From Botryllus schlosseri (Eukaryota): a stretch of 64,000 bases of DNA. Of this stretch, positions 50,001-55,993 are shown in pieces (the first letter of the stretch is position 1; the number at the start of each line of letters is the position of its first letter). The stretch spans positions 15,314,001 through 15,378,000 of the forward strand of contig CM119380.1 of NCBI GenBank assembly GCA_051294905.1, read 5' to 3'. The position numbers and the translations under genes were made by a program. The notes under the pieces are model-generated. The model was given only the letters and a program-made list of their open reading frames with translations, made no database searches and was not told the DNA's origin.

Positions 50001-50806
50001 CGACGGCCGCCAACACATACTCATTGAATTACGTGTCTACGGCCGCACAAATTCCCTTCTATCGCCGCAGGTTGGCCACCCCTGATGTAGGCCGTCATTG
50101 GTGGGATTGTCCTTACCCACGACGACGACGGCTTCAAAAAAACTTTTAGTCAACCCAACTTGAAATAATAACTCACTTCGGTCGAAATAATAAAAAAAAC
50201 AGAATCTGCTCGCGTACCACCTGGAAGACCTTCGCGTACCACTACTGGTACGCGTACCACAGGTTGGGAACCACTGGCTAAACGATACATTTGAAAAAAA
50301 CGACCTCCCAATATGATAGCTCCATGAATAATAAATAGCCCAGCAGTACCGTGCATTGCTGTCAAATAAAAATCGAGCAATTTTCTCAAGAAAGTATGAT
50401 CGTTATAACTGCCAATCTGACGTCGGCAATATACTTCATTTCAGATCGAAAAAAGCAGAAAAAGCAACGCCACAACCCGGTGTCTGTCCGCGAACGTCAC
50501 AAGGTCTTCCTGGACTTGGCGTGGACGAAAAGCCTAAACGCGACCAGCGATCCGGAAGAAATTCTGGACATTTCCAAAACCATACTAACGCAAGACAGCG
50601 ACGGCATCGAGAGGGTTTTGAAAGAAGTAGCCCGCGATGAACTGGATACGGCGGATACCGCCGATACCTCGCATAACGCGGAAACGTCGCAGCAGCTTGA
50701 CGGGACGGAAATGGCCAAACTGTTGAGCGTTATTCAGAAACTTGAATCCAAAGTCGAATCGTTGCAAGACGAGGTGCAGAGATTGGGCGCGCGAACGGAG
50801 AAATGA
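1893..50806 (+). CDS. PXDN: Peroxidasin (31 coding exons, predicted 1654 aa): SP-LRRNT-5xLRR-LRRCT-5xIg-heme peroxidase-coiled coil
   Basis: Hand-spliced GT-AG exons join in consistent phases and sum to 4965 nt. Diagnostic motifs: [56 protein letters not shown]+Ig+peroxidase order is the established peroxidasin architecture. Confidence 0.95.
5211..8319. mobile_element. hAT-type element (family B) nested in family A
   Basis: 32-bp perfect TIR CAGGGATATATAGAACTCCGGGATGGCTGACT; exact 8-bp TSD GTAAATAT (5203..5210, 8320..8327). No intact transposase ORF seen. Confidence 0.92.
6689..7200. mobile_element. MITE nested in family B (third nesting level)
   Basis: CAGCGGTT(gtcactt)CTCAACCTTTTT ... GGTTGAGAACCACTG; flanks AGTTAAAT/GGTTGAAT (6/8). 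Confidence 0.6.
10407..10478 (+). CDS. PXDN: Peroxidasin exon 2: LRR1
   Basis: 72 nt, [24 protein letters not shown], phase 2-2, tcgtag/gtaagt. Confidence 0.93.
12500..12795. mobile_element. hAT-type MITE (CAGTGGTTCCCAACC TIR)
   Basis: 15-bp perfect TIR; TSD CTCTATAG/CTCTGTAG (7/8). Confidence 0.88.
14321..14392 (+). CDS. PXDN: Peroxidasin exon 3: LRR2
   Basis: 72 nt, [24 protein letters not shown], ccgcag/gtaagt. Confidence 0.93.
14484..14555 (+). CDS. PXDN: Peroxidasin exon 4: LRR3
   Basis: 72 nt, [24 protein letters not shown], tttcag/gtgagt. Confidence 0.93.
15172..15243 (+). CDS. PXDN: Peroxidasin exon 5: LRR4
   Basis: 72 nt, [24 protein letters not shown], ccacag/gtgagt. Confidence 0.92.
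17697..17768 (+). CDS. PXDN: Peroxidasin exon 6: LRR5
   Basis: 72 nt, [24 protein letters not shown], tcacag/gtaagt. Confidence 0.93.
17860..18023 (+). CDS. PXDN: Peroxidasin exon 7: LRRCT
   Basis: [20 protein letters not shown]...[24 protein letters not shown]; tttcag/gtgagt. Confidence 0.93.
18603..18720 (+). CDS. PXDN: Peroxidasin exon 8: Ig1 N-terminal part
   Basis: [39 protein letters not shown]; tttaag/gtgagt. Confidence 0.9.
18783..18865 (+). CDS. PXDN: Peroxidasin exon 9: Ig1 middle
   Basis: [28 protein letters not shown]; phase 2-1 fits both neighbours; 62-nt upstream intron. Confidence 0.88.
18884..19290. mobile_element. MITE-like element, AT-rich
   Basis: 17-bp perfect TIR TAGGGTTGCATTTAAAA; TTTAAA/AAACA-rich subterminal motifs; no matching TSD found. 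Confidence 0.7.
19760..19881 (+). CDS. PXDN: Peroxidasin exon 10: Ig1 end and Ig2 start
   Basis: [22 protein letters not shown]...[12 protein letters not shown]; donor gtaagt. Confidence 0.92.
20590..22153. mobile_element. hAT-type element with (CAATTA)n subterminal arrays
   Basis: TIR CAGAGTTGGATCAATT; exact 8-bp TSD TTGTGCAT (20582..20589, 22154..22161). Confidence 0.9.
21253..21808. mobile_element. Long-TIR (~135 bp) foldback element nested in the 20590..22153 element
   Basis: 21253..21390 is a diverged reverse complement of 21670..21808 (shared CCGGCTAAAAGCAGCA and AGCTGGCGATCCA). Confidence 0.65.
22225..22481 (+). mobile_element. Third copy of the LINE-like 3' UTR, sense to peroxidasin
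   Basis: Reverse complement of the 60..300 repeat (ACATCGCCTAGACCAAGGTGGGTGTCTGA); AATAAA at 22459, then (ATG)4. Confidence 0.7.
22504..22897 (+). CDS. PXDN: Peroxidasin exon 11: Ig2 and Ig3 start
   Basis: [18 protein letters not shown]...[11 protein letters not shown]...[18 protein letters not shown]; lies in ORF 22468..23001. Confidence 0.95.
23642..23749 (+). CDS. PXDN: Peroxidasin exon 12: Ig3 end
   Basis: [35 protein letters not shown]; phase 1-1. Confidence 0.92.
23818..23934 (+). CDS. PXDN: Peroxidasin exon 13: Ig4 start
   Basis: [39 protein letters not shown]; 68-nt upstream intron. Confidence 0.92.
25999..26176 (+). CDS. PXDN: Peroxidasin exon 14: Ig4 end
   Basis: [42 protein letters not shown]; tttcag/gtaagc. 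Confidence 0.92.
27142..27272 (+). CDS. PXDN: Peroxidasin exon 15: Ig5 start
   Basis: [43 protein letters not shown]; donor gtcagc at 27273 chosen to give the phase 1 needed by exon 16. Confidence 0.85.
27380..27720. repeat. Degenerate tandem repeat of AAAACTGTGTAGCTATAATACTAATTT-type units
   Basis: Motif recurs near 27435, 27515, 27580, 27625 and 27670. Confidence 0.7.
27820..27851. repeat. Short palindromic repeat family member (CGGGGCCTA...TAGGCCCCG)
   Basis: Related palindromes at 24445..24464, 28143..28177 and 32889..32914. Confidence 0.7.
29013..29132 (+). CDS. PXDN: Peroxidasin exon 16: Ig5 end
   Basis: [39 protein letters not shown]; cttcag/gtatgt. Confidence 0.88.
29146..29200. 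mobile_element. Left end of a hAT-like MITE 13 nt after the exon 16 donor
   Basis: CAGTGGTGGGCAA(tta)TTTTT...GCGGGCC resembles the other MITE ends here; right end not identified. Confidence 0.45.
30856..30966 (+). CDS. PXDN: Peroxidasin exon 17 (probable): acidic helical linker ending RRGKRQ
   Basis: [37 protein letters not shown]; phase 1-1 completes the Ig G-strand (SRATLT). The acceptor cctag has a weak pyrimidine tract. Confidence 0.65.
31192..31288 (+). CDS. PXDN: Peroxidasin exon 18: post-Ig linker helix
   Basis: [32 protein letters not shown] resembles the peroxidasin V-D-x-AIN-x-T segment; tttacag/gtgaga. Confidence 0.9.
33070..33382. mobile_element. Fragment of an AGTAC/AAGTAG-rich repeat family ending in TGACCAACTCTG
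   Basis: Right end is the reverse complement of CAGAGTTGG. Similar tracts at ~20270-20430, 28230-28370, 44600-45010, 45620-46038 and 57340-57850. Confidence 0.5.
33475..33686 (+). CDS. PXDN: Peroxidasin exon 19: propeptide-like region
   Basis: [11 protein letters not shown]...[14 protein letters not shown] matches the peroxidasin DLLALFR-x-P / RAGEIFE-x-TLQLI pattern. Confidence 0.92.
34753..34891 (+). CDS. PXDN: Peroxidasin exon 20
   Basis: [24 protein letters not shown]; donor gtataa followed by a 62-nt intron. Confidence 0.9.
34954..35091 (+). CDS. PXDN: Peroxidasin exon 21: peroxidase domain start
   Basis: [40 protein letters not shown]. Confidence 0.95.
35986..36218 (+). CDS. PXDN: Peroxidasin exon 22: distal His and heme-linking Asp
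   Basis: LPSARRVS...[14 protein letters not shown]...CFPI. Confidence 0.96.
36660..37133. mobile_element. hAT-type MITE with TCGA-rich subterminal motifs
   Basis: TAGGGGTGGCAAAAT ... ATGCCCAGTCCGA; TSD ATTAATCC/ATTGATCC (7/8). Confidence 0.65.
37190..37362 (+). CDS. PXDN: Peroxidasin exon 23 (contains His-rich loop)
   Basis: [38 protein letters not shown]...REQINQ. Confidence 0.93.
37646..38035. mobile_element. Probable MITE (TAGGGCTG...CAGCCCT)
   Basis: Short TIR; TCATCA on both flanks; ATTCGA/CTCGA motifs. Confidence 0.5.
38157..38322 (+). CDS. PXDN: Peroxidasin exon 24: Ca-binding motif
   Basis: [13 protein letters not shown]...GLLKEG...ILPY. Confidence 0.94.
39014..39129 (+). CDS. PXDN: Peroxidasin exon 25: distal Arg and heme-linking Glu
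   Basis: PIECRRGD...[14 protein letters not shown]; tttcag/gtatgt. Confidence 0.93.
40101..40253 (+). CDS. PXDN: Peroxidasin exon 26
   Basis: [21 protein letters not shown]...[15 protein letters not shown]. Confidence 0.95.
40322..40470 (+). CDS. PXDN: Peroxidasin exon 27: proximal His
   Basis: HWLPKILG...[17 protein letters not shown]. Confidence 0.95.
40576..40648 (+). tRNA. tRNA-Ala(AGC) copy 1
   Basis: Full cloverleaf, G3:U70; differs from array consensus at positions 16 and 45. Confidence 0.85.
40726..40798 (+). pseudogene. tRNA-Ala(AGC) copy 2, probably defective
   Basis: G19A and T20C in the D-loop; C61T in the B-box/T-stem. Confidence 0.65.
40876..40948 (+). tRNA. tRNA-Ala(AGC) copy 3
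   Basis: Consensus except A21C. Confidence 0.75.
41025..41097 (+). tRNA. tRNA-Ala(AGC) copy 4
   Basis: T20C and C69T (G4:U69 wobble); G3:U70 kept. Confidence 0.8.
41175..41247 (+). pseudogene. tRNA-Ala-derived copy 5 with AAC (Val) anticodon and G3:C70
   Basis: Anticodon 41208..41210 = AAC; 3' end CATCCCCA; also A21C and G41C (C29:C41 mismatch). Confidence 0.7.
41324..41396 (+). tRNA. tRNA-Ala(AGC) copy 6
   Basis: Array consensus sequence. Confidence 0.92.
41474..41546 (+). tRNA. tRNA-Ala(AGC) copy 7
   Basis: T20C, C69T variant. Confidence 0.82.
41624..41696 (+). tRNA. tRNA-Ala(AGC) copy 8
   Basis: Array consensus sequence. Confidence 0.92.
41774..41867 (+). pseudogene. tRNA-Ala copy 9 with internal 21-nt duplication
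   Basis: ATGTGCGAGGTACCGGGATCA present twice; 94 nt. Confidence 0.8.
41945..42017 (+). tRNA. tRNA-Ala(AGC) copy 10
   Basis: G57A variant; position 57 remains a purine. Confidence 0.85.
42095..42167 (+). tRNA. tRNA-Ala(AGC) copy 11
   Basis: G60A variant. Confidence 0.88.
42245..42317 (+). tRNA. tRNA-Ala(AGC) copy 12
   Basis: G60A variant. Confidence 0.88.
42395..42467 (+). tRNA. tRNA-Ala(AGC) copy 13
   Basis: Array consensus; counterpart of copy 6 in the higher-order repeat. Confidence 0.9.
42545..42617 (+). tRNA. tRNA-Ala(AGC) copy 14
   Basis: T20C, C69T; counterpart of copy 7. Confidence 0.82.
42695..42767 (+). tRNA. tRNA-Ala(AGC) copy 15
   Basis: Array consensus; counterpart of copy 8. 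Confidence 0.9.
42845..42938 (+). pseudogene. tRNA-Ala copy 16 with internal 21-nt duplication
   Basis: Same duplication as copy 9. Confidence 0.8.
43016..43088 (+). tRNA. tRNA-Ala(AGC) copy 17
   Basis: G57A variant. Confidence 0.85.
43166..43238 (+). tRNA. tRNA-Ala(AGC) copy 18
   Basis: G60A variant. Confidence 0.88.
43316..43388 (+). tRNA. tRNA-Ala(AGC) copy 19
   Basis: G60A variant. Confidence 0.88.
43466..43538 (+). tRNA. tRNA-Ala(AGC) copy 20
   Basis: G57A variant. Confidence 0.85.
43616..43730 (+). pseudogene. tRNA-Ala copy 21 with the 21-nt segment in triplicate
   Basis: ATGTGCGAGGTACCGGGATCA x3; 115 nt. Confidence 0.8.
43808..43880 (+). pseudogene. Degenerate tRNA-Ala copy 22, anticodon GGC
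   Basis: T12G (D-stem mismatch), A34G, G41A (anticodon-stem mismatch), G46T. Confidence 0.75.
43958..44030 (+). pseudogene. Degenerate tRNA-Ala copy 23
   Basis: C11A, C50T, G53A and A67T disrupt three stems and the B-box. Confidence 0.8.
44324..44456 (+). CDS. PXDN: Peroxidasin exon 28
   Basis: [26 protein letters not shown]; phase 2 start matches exon 27 across the tRNA array intron. Confidence 0.95.
45216..45422 (+). CDS. PXDN: Peroxidasin exon 29
   Basis: ERLFE...[28 protein letters not shown]. Confidence 0.95.
47074..47548 (+). CDS. PXDN: Peroxidasin exon 30: peroxidase C-terminus, CCESC, RRQRR
   Basis: [11 protein letters not shown]...LGPTLACII...DRFWYENPG...[13 protein letters not shown]...HVRRQRRS; donor gtaagt at 47549. 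Confidence 0.95.
47626..47845. repeat. Degenerate minisatellite of CCAGATTTCAACCATAGGGTGGTTAAT-like units
   Basis: About five related units just downstream of exon 30. Confidence 0.65.
47964..48463. mobile_element. hAT-type MITE (same family as 36660..37133)
   Basis: Imperfect TIR TAGGGCCGGCCAAAAT / ATTGTGCCCAGCTCTA; exact 8-bp TSD GAAACGAG (47956..47963, 48464..48471). Confidence 0.82.
49041..50276. mobile_element. CAGTGGTTCCCAACC-type element with GCGTACCA motifs, hosting a nested MITE
   Basis: CTGTGGTTCCCAACC / GGTTGGGAACCACTG; CTAAAC in both flanks. Confidence 0.75.
49307..50084. mobile_element. Nested MITE with CAGGGGTGGCCAACC TIR
   Basis: 15-bp perfect TIR; flanks CCGTAGGC/ATGTAGGC; GGCCGC motifs. 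Confidence 0.8.
50445..50806 (+). CDS. PXDN: Peroxidasin exon 31 (terminal): basic, acidic and coiled-coil tail
   Basis: Acceptor ttcatttcag, phase 1 fits exon 30; ends [25 protein letters not shown](heptad pattern)GARTEK-TGA. Confidence 0.8.
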
Positions 50807-52215
50807 TGACGCTCCGGTGAAAGCTTGGCGGACTGCAAGCTACAGAACCAACCAAGGGTTGCCGACAACGGCACTTACCGATTGCGCGTTTTACTTCAAG
50901 AAAATGGAAACTTAACGATCGCAGAATTTGTACAGACTCTTCATATTTAAACGTTTCGCGTCGCTGTGTCGAAATTCGAATTTGTCAACGTGCTGCGCGG
51001 CGAGGCGAGGCACACAATTTGAGTTCCACTGCGCGATACTTATCCTCTCGATTCGACCGTTTATCACTGCTGCATTTTCTAGCCATATATGCGAACACAC
51101 ACATAAAATATTATATAGCCAGAAATGCTGCGAATTCGACGGTACGGACACTCTCCATCGTCTGTTAGATATCTTCACGCGCCTGCGTTATTTTAAAAGC
51201 TATATTTCTTTCATTGCGTTACCTAGATTAACTGTTGCTACGCTCGAGTCCAGCATATGTTTTACTACATAATTGTACTACTTGAAACTTTATCGTCTGT
51301 CACTTTTTTACTTGAATATAGTTGTCCGTGAATGCAGTCGTGTCGCCATAATATCGCATGATGTAGGGAAACGGAGGATCTGTCATTAGATTAAGACCAC
51401 AGTGGCTATTTACGAAATTTCGCTGAATGTGCGCGGTTACGCGTGCTATATCCAGTACTGTACGAGAGATTCGTCCACGTGACTGGCCTAATGTCGCGAA
51501 TGCGAAAAATCCCCAACATGGCGTACTGTTTTTAGGGTGTAAGTATGTAATCGCAGCTTCTGGGGGGCTCCGCCCCCAGACCCCTTGTTCCCATCTATCG
51601 TTACAAACTTCATATTAGTGTGCGCCATATGGGGCAGGATTACGTGATGTGTATATGACACTGTAACAAGGCTTTCAAGCAGGCCGGAATGTTGAATTGC
51701 TCTAGATCTTGAGCCTTTTTTTTCATACATTGTTAAATTATAAAAGAAGTGAAGCAGCAAACTATAGCTCATACCGTCATGTTGAAGATGTATGTCATGT
51801 AGCGTGAAATAATAGAATAGCGATACAACTGCCGCTAAATAGACCCACACTAATCTGGAAAGCTATCGGGTGACATTAGTAATGATCCAGCACATCACGT
51901 CAAGGTTTGAGCCAGGCGCTGGATTAGGTCATATCTATTATTGCAGGATTGCAAGGATAGACTACATCAAAACTAAGTACCTCTACCGAATGCAGATACT
52001 TGATGATTGTCGGGATATGGGAGTTTTCTAACAAATGTAGAGATTTGATAATTGACCAAATAGGGAGGCCCTTCGAACAGGGGGCCCGGGAGACGGCCCA
52101 CCTCGCCCACCCCAAAAGCCACCACTGTCTGGAGTGTCTGCACCTCCCGCGGCATTTTCTCCCGATCCACGCTTTTCTTGAACATACTTGTCATTCAACA
52201 TAGGGCCCAACAAGC

Positions 52216-52288
52216 GGGGATGTAGCTCAAATGGTAGAGCGCGCGCTTAGCATGTGCGAGGTACCGGGATCGATGCCCGGCGTCTCCA
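52216..52288 (+). tRNA. Isolated tRNA-Ala(AGC)
   Basis: Same body as the array with G15A and A67G (U6:G67 wobble); G3:U70 kept. Confidence 0.8.
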
Positions 52289-52369
52289 TTGGTATAGTTT
52301 CGTTGTCTTGTACTCTTTCGTGGATCCAAGTATGATTCGATAATGATTTAAAGTAAGCCTCGAAAGGGT

Positions 52370-52421
52370 GGGGATGTAGCTCAAATGGTAGAGCGTTCGT
52401 CTAACGTGTCCGGCCTCTCCA
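52370..52421 (+). pseudogene. Internally deleted tRNA-Ala relic
   Basis: GGGGATGTAGCTCAAATGGTAGAGCG...CCGGCCTCTCCA followed by a T-run; variable loop and most of the T-arm missing. Confidence 0.75.
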
Positions 52422-52491
52422 GCGCCTTTTTGCTGTTCCAATGTGTGCTGCAGGGACCCACGTAGGGTTGTAATGACCGTAGTCGAAAGTC

Positions 52492-52535
52492 GGGGATGTA
52501 TCAGCTTAAACGACAGAGCGCACACTTGCTCTGTG
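52492..52535 (+). pseudogene. Highly degenerate 5' half tRNA-Ala relic
   Basis: GGGGATGTAtcAGCTtAAAcGacAGAGCGcaCaCTT aligns to the 5' half. Confidence 0.5.
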
Positions 52536-52669
52536 AAAGTGATGATTTACCATACTTGTTGCCAACAGTTGGGCCTCTGGGGGATGCATGTGATCAAAGC
52601 TAGCTGCAGCCGAAGGCACAAAACCGGACGCGATGCCCAAGGTGGGGAAACGGTCTTGATATACTTCAG

Positions 52670-52818
52670 TCGTGTCTAAGTCACAACGAGGTTACGTATT
52701 ACACATCATTCCGCATCGGTTACGTTCCATTATTGTCCTTACTCATCGTAGTCATCGTTATCATTATGTCCATTTATTATTTGTACAAAATAACGAGGCT
52801 GCCTCAACCTCTCACAAG
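52670..52818 (+). CDS. Candidate exon encoding a transmembrane/signal-anchor segment
   Basis: cttcag|SCLSHNEVTYYTSFRIGYVPLLSLLIVVIVIIMSIYYLYKITRLPQPLT|gtagca. Start codon and the link to the next exon are unresolved. Confidence 0.4.
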
Positions 52819-52959
52819 GTAGCAAATTGGAAATCCCATTGCATTAAAATTAGAATGATGGTATTGTCACGTCATAATTACCACCGTCAATGGAATATAT
52901 ACCGCCACATTCACGGCGGCACGGTACTAGTCAGGATGCTATTTACGACGGGGATTTAG

Positions 52960-53013
52960 AATGGACAGAGAGGCAACATGCCCTCCGATCAACGAAGAAC
53001 CAGGTCCAGCGTT
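52960..53013 (+). CDS. Candidate small exon NGQRGNMPSDQRRTRSSV
   Basis: Strong donor gtaagt at 53014, phase 0 fits the exon at 53101; weak acceptor. Confidence 0.3.
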
Positions 53014-53100
53014 GTAAGTAGTCAATAGCAGTTCTAAATTATCCTGCGACTTCATTGCGCAATGATCCTGTGGTAATTGTGAACCCATATCCTATCACAG

Positions 53101-53299
53101 AGACGAAATGGTGCACGGAAGAAGAGAAATCAATCGAATGAAAAACCATCAAAGGAGGGAAACTCTGACTCGAAATATTTTGATAAGTCTAGTGCAGAGC
53201 CGGCTAGCAAGCATACGAATCAAATTACTGTAGAAGAACCCGGTCCTGTCAGTGAAAGACCCATCAAGAGGGAAGTAAAGCGAAACACTATTGTGAGAG
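53101..53299 (+). CDS. Candidate exon, basic/Ser/Glu-rich (RKKR)
   Basis: cctatcacag acceptor; open frame RRNGARKKRNQS...VKRNTIVR; donor gtaact, phase 1. Confidence 0.5.
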
Positions 53300-53325
53300 G
53301 TAACTAAATGGTCATGGTCACTGAG

Positions 53326-53600
53326 TAGAGGGGTTGTGAACGTGAGGTTCCGGTTCGGTGTGTGAACCTCAGAAATTTTGAGGTTTGCGTTCGCAAGCGA
53401 ACGTTGGTAGGTTCTCTACAGTTCACACTACACTGTGAATCTTTTCCATGCATTACAATTTTTCACATCATTATAACATCTTTGGTTGAAATTCGTTCCA
53501 TTTAAATTTAGGAACATGCTATGCACGACGCTGGCAGCACCAAAAGAAATTTGCCACTGAACGAGCATGCACCTTGCGCTTTCAAGCACTTTCAAAATTT
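53326..53600. mobile_element. Partial family A copy
   Basis: Aligns to 4900..5160 (GTGAACGTGAGGTTC...GGTAGGTTCT...ACGAGCATGCA). Confidence 0.75.
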
Positions 53601-53825
53601 TTATCTGCTTTGTTAAAATAGTTTGCTCAAAATAATTATTTGATATACCATATATATCGTTATAGCTTCGAAAGGATACACAGTGTCCAAAGCACTGATT
53701 ACAGTCGACTTCTTCGTGTTGTTGTTAGCGGCGGTAATATTTTGGGCGAAGCCTTCTTGTGTGATAGGTATGTAGGCTCTGACATATGTAACAATGCGAC
53801 AAGCTCTAGTCTCCATTAAATGCAG

Positions 53826-53894
53826 CATCAACGGACGATTCAGAACCACTGGACGATTCGGAACCACTGGACCAGTTCTTCAACAACACACCAA
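53826..53894 (+). CDS. Candidate exon STDDSEPLDDSEPLDQFFNNTP
   Basis: Phase 1-1, tgcag/gtaaga; contains an internal 18-nt duplication that keeps the frame. Confidence 0.5.
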
Positions 53895-54038
53895 GTAAGA
53901 GATTGTAAGTAACCTATACACTCAACAGATTACCGATTTCAAATCCATTCTCGTGATCATATAGCAGTAGACGTGATCTGACCCCTTCTCGGCTGCTCTC
54001 AGTAATACAGCAGCGTTCGTATTATTATTTTTGTGTAG

Positions 54039-54146
54039 ACGAAGTTCAGCCAGTCGATGTCCCTCAAATAAATCAATTTAAGCCGGATCAGCCCCCGACT
54101 AGCATTGAAGACTCCAGCTCCAGCTCGGCAGACGACTCTCCATACG
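54039..54146 (+). CDS. Candidate exon EVQPVDVPQINQFKPDQPP...DDSPY (paralog of the 55342 exon start)
   Basis: tttttgtgtag acceptor; phase 1-1; clearly homologous to 55342..55455 with codon-level conservation. Confidence 0.55.
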
Positions 54147-54149
54147 GTA

Positions 54150-54900
54150 GTTATTATTATTTATTATAATTGCTGTTGGAAATTGGCGTGGTGCTCATCG
54201 CCATTTATGACCCTGTGCATCGCGGTAATGTGGTAATTGAAATCAGACCGTAGTTAAATGGAAGTTTCACAACGTATTACGAATTCAGCAAGCGGGGTCG
54301 ACAATTGGGGCAACGAAAGTAAATTGCTCGGGGTGAATGGGCTGCAATGAGGTATTTAAAATCGATATATGAAATTTTTATTGAACGTATGATGTCAAGA
54401 AGTGGGCGACTGTTTCGATGACGCCACATTCGCCGCACATCGGGGAGTCCGAGTAATCTATTCTAAATACATGGGATGCTTTACTTCGCCGTGTTCTGGC
54501 CGTAGTCGGAAGATTATGCGCTGAACGTGGCGACTGCAGTTTGCATCTGGTGATTGATTGAAGGACTAAGTCTTTGAATAGCTTGTAGTGCGAAATCACT
54601 CCGATGTCGTGAATCTGTTTGAATATTTCAAACATCGATACATTGATGTTAATTGATAGTCGCTTTAGTGTGTCGATATCGTCATCAATGCGAGCAGGCA
54701 ATGTGAAAAATAACATAGGCGGGATCTCGCGTGCCATGTTCGAATATCCAAAAATAATGCATTTTTCATCGCCTTCAATTACACTGTGAATGATGATGAT
54801 GGAGTGGAGCAGTGTCTGAGATCGCGATATCAAGATACAGAATGCATAATCCGTGACCAGAGCCATCGAGATGTTTTGAGTTGTCACTGTAGATTTCTAA
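54150..54900 (-). mobile_element. Degenerate non-LTR retrotransposon 3' end with a C-terminal zinc-knuckle-like motif
   Basis: Minus ORF ends SHVFRIDYSDSPMCGECGVIETVAHFL, typical of non-LTR ORF2 C-termini; (AAT)n-like tail near 54150. Confidence 0.55.
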
Positions 54901-55341
54901 ATTTCCCCACAGCGTTCACACATAAATTCTAGTTCATTAAGTTTGATTCGATGTTCTCTAGAATCTCACATTTCGACGTGAATTTCGTTAAATCCAGGTC
55001 AACGAGACGAGGGAAGTCAGTATTGTTCAGTGTGTGTGCGATGTATCCACAGTTCTGTATCTAAAATCAATGTTTGCTATTGTTTGAGGTCGTATTTGGA
55101 TTTTGGAAACCATCAATCATGAAATCCGCTCGATTTCTGTCAAAGAGGGGCTGAAATGACGCGTGCTCAATTCCTATTATTCATATTCGAAAACATATAT
55201 ATCAAACATTCGAAAATGTACGAATGAGAACGCATATACGTAATTTTAATAGTCACTATCTAATTAATATAATATATAGTTTTTAATATATACAATTCCG
55301 AAATGGTCAAAGTTATACATCGTTCGACTACCTTCATTCAG

Positions 55342-55653
55342 ACGATGTCCAGCCCGTCGATGTCCCTCCGTTAAATCAATTCAAGCCGGACCAGCCGCCC
55401 CCTATTAGCAATGAAGAGTCAAGCGCCAGCTCGCCGTCAGACGACTCTCCGTATGGAAGTTATTCGCCTGATAAAGAAGACCCTTCCGGCGACGTATCCG
55501 GCACCAGCTCCGGTTCCAACTCTCCTTCTTACTCGAATTCGTTGGGATCATCGGCACTCGATAGCTCAAGCTCTCAGTTTCAACCGGAGTCGATATCTTC
55601 TGGCCAAGCTCAAAGTCGTTATCCTCCAGAACTGTTTGTATCAAGTGGCTTCC
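55342..55653 (+). CDS. Candidate Ser/Pro/Asp-rich stalk exon
   Basis: cattcag acceptor; open frame DVQPVDVPPLNQFKPDQPPP...SSGSNSPSYSNSLGSSALDSSSSQ...; candidate donor gtgcgt at 55654 (phase 1). Confidence 0.55.
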
Positions 55654-55893
55654 GTGCGTGCTCAATTTTTCTGATATTCAATATTAAAAAGTGTTTGGAT
55701 ACCATCATAAACCCCCTGTGCCATAGTAAACGTAAATGACGCCGTAACGCAAGACCAATTTTAATGCAATACACCCATGATCCTGTAAAATACAATGTGG
55801 ATTTTTATCGTTACGTATAAAATAATATAATAAATATGTGTATTGTTAAGAGTATTTAAGTTTACAGCTTATTACTGTTGGTTGTCTTCACAG

Positions 55894-55929
55894 GCTACGA
55901 CCACAATCCTACCGGGGGAGAGCCGAGTG
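55894..55929 (+). CDS. Candidate small exon YDHNPTGGEPS
   Basis: Strong acceptor ttgtcttcacag; donor gtaaat; a 64-nt intron joins it in frame to 55994. Confidence 0.5.
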
Positions 55930-55993
55930 GTAAATGCCTTGTGTCGCCAGTTGTTCTTCATACAGGTTCAGTATGGTCTTGTTAACTTCTCAG

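Noticed and set aside
49429-50389. ORFs of 157, 121 and 79 aa in the last peroxidasin intron
   Set aside because: They lie within nested MITEs and have no coding motifs or consistent splice partners.
51560-52127. GC-rich GGGGGCTCCGCCCCC and GGGCCC tracts resembling Harbinger-type MITE ends
   Set aside because: Matching TIR pair and TSD could not be established.
55795-55893. Stand-alone signal peptide MWIFIVT|LLLLVVFTG via a 53-nt intron
   Set aside because: Not listed as a feature because the hydrophobic run is also explained as the pyrimidine tract of the 55893 acceptor. It remains the main alternative to the membrane-anchored model.
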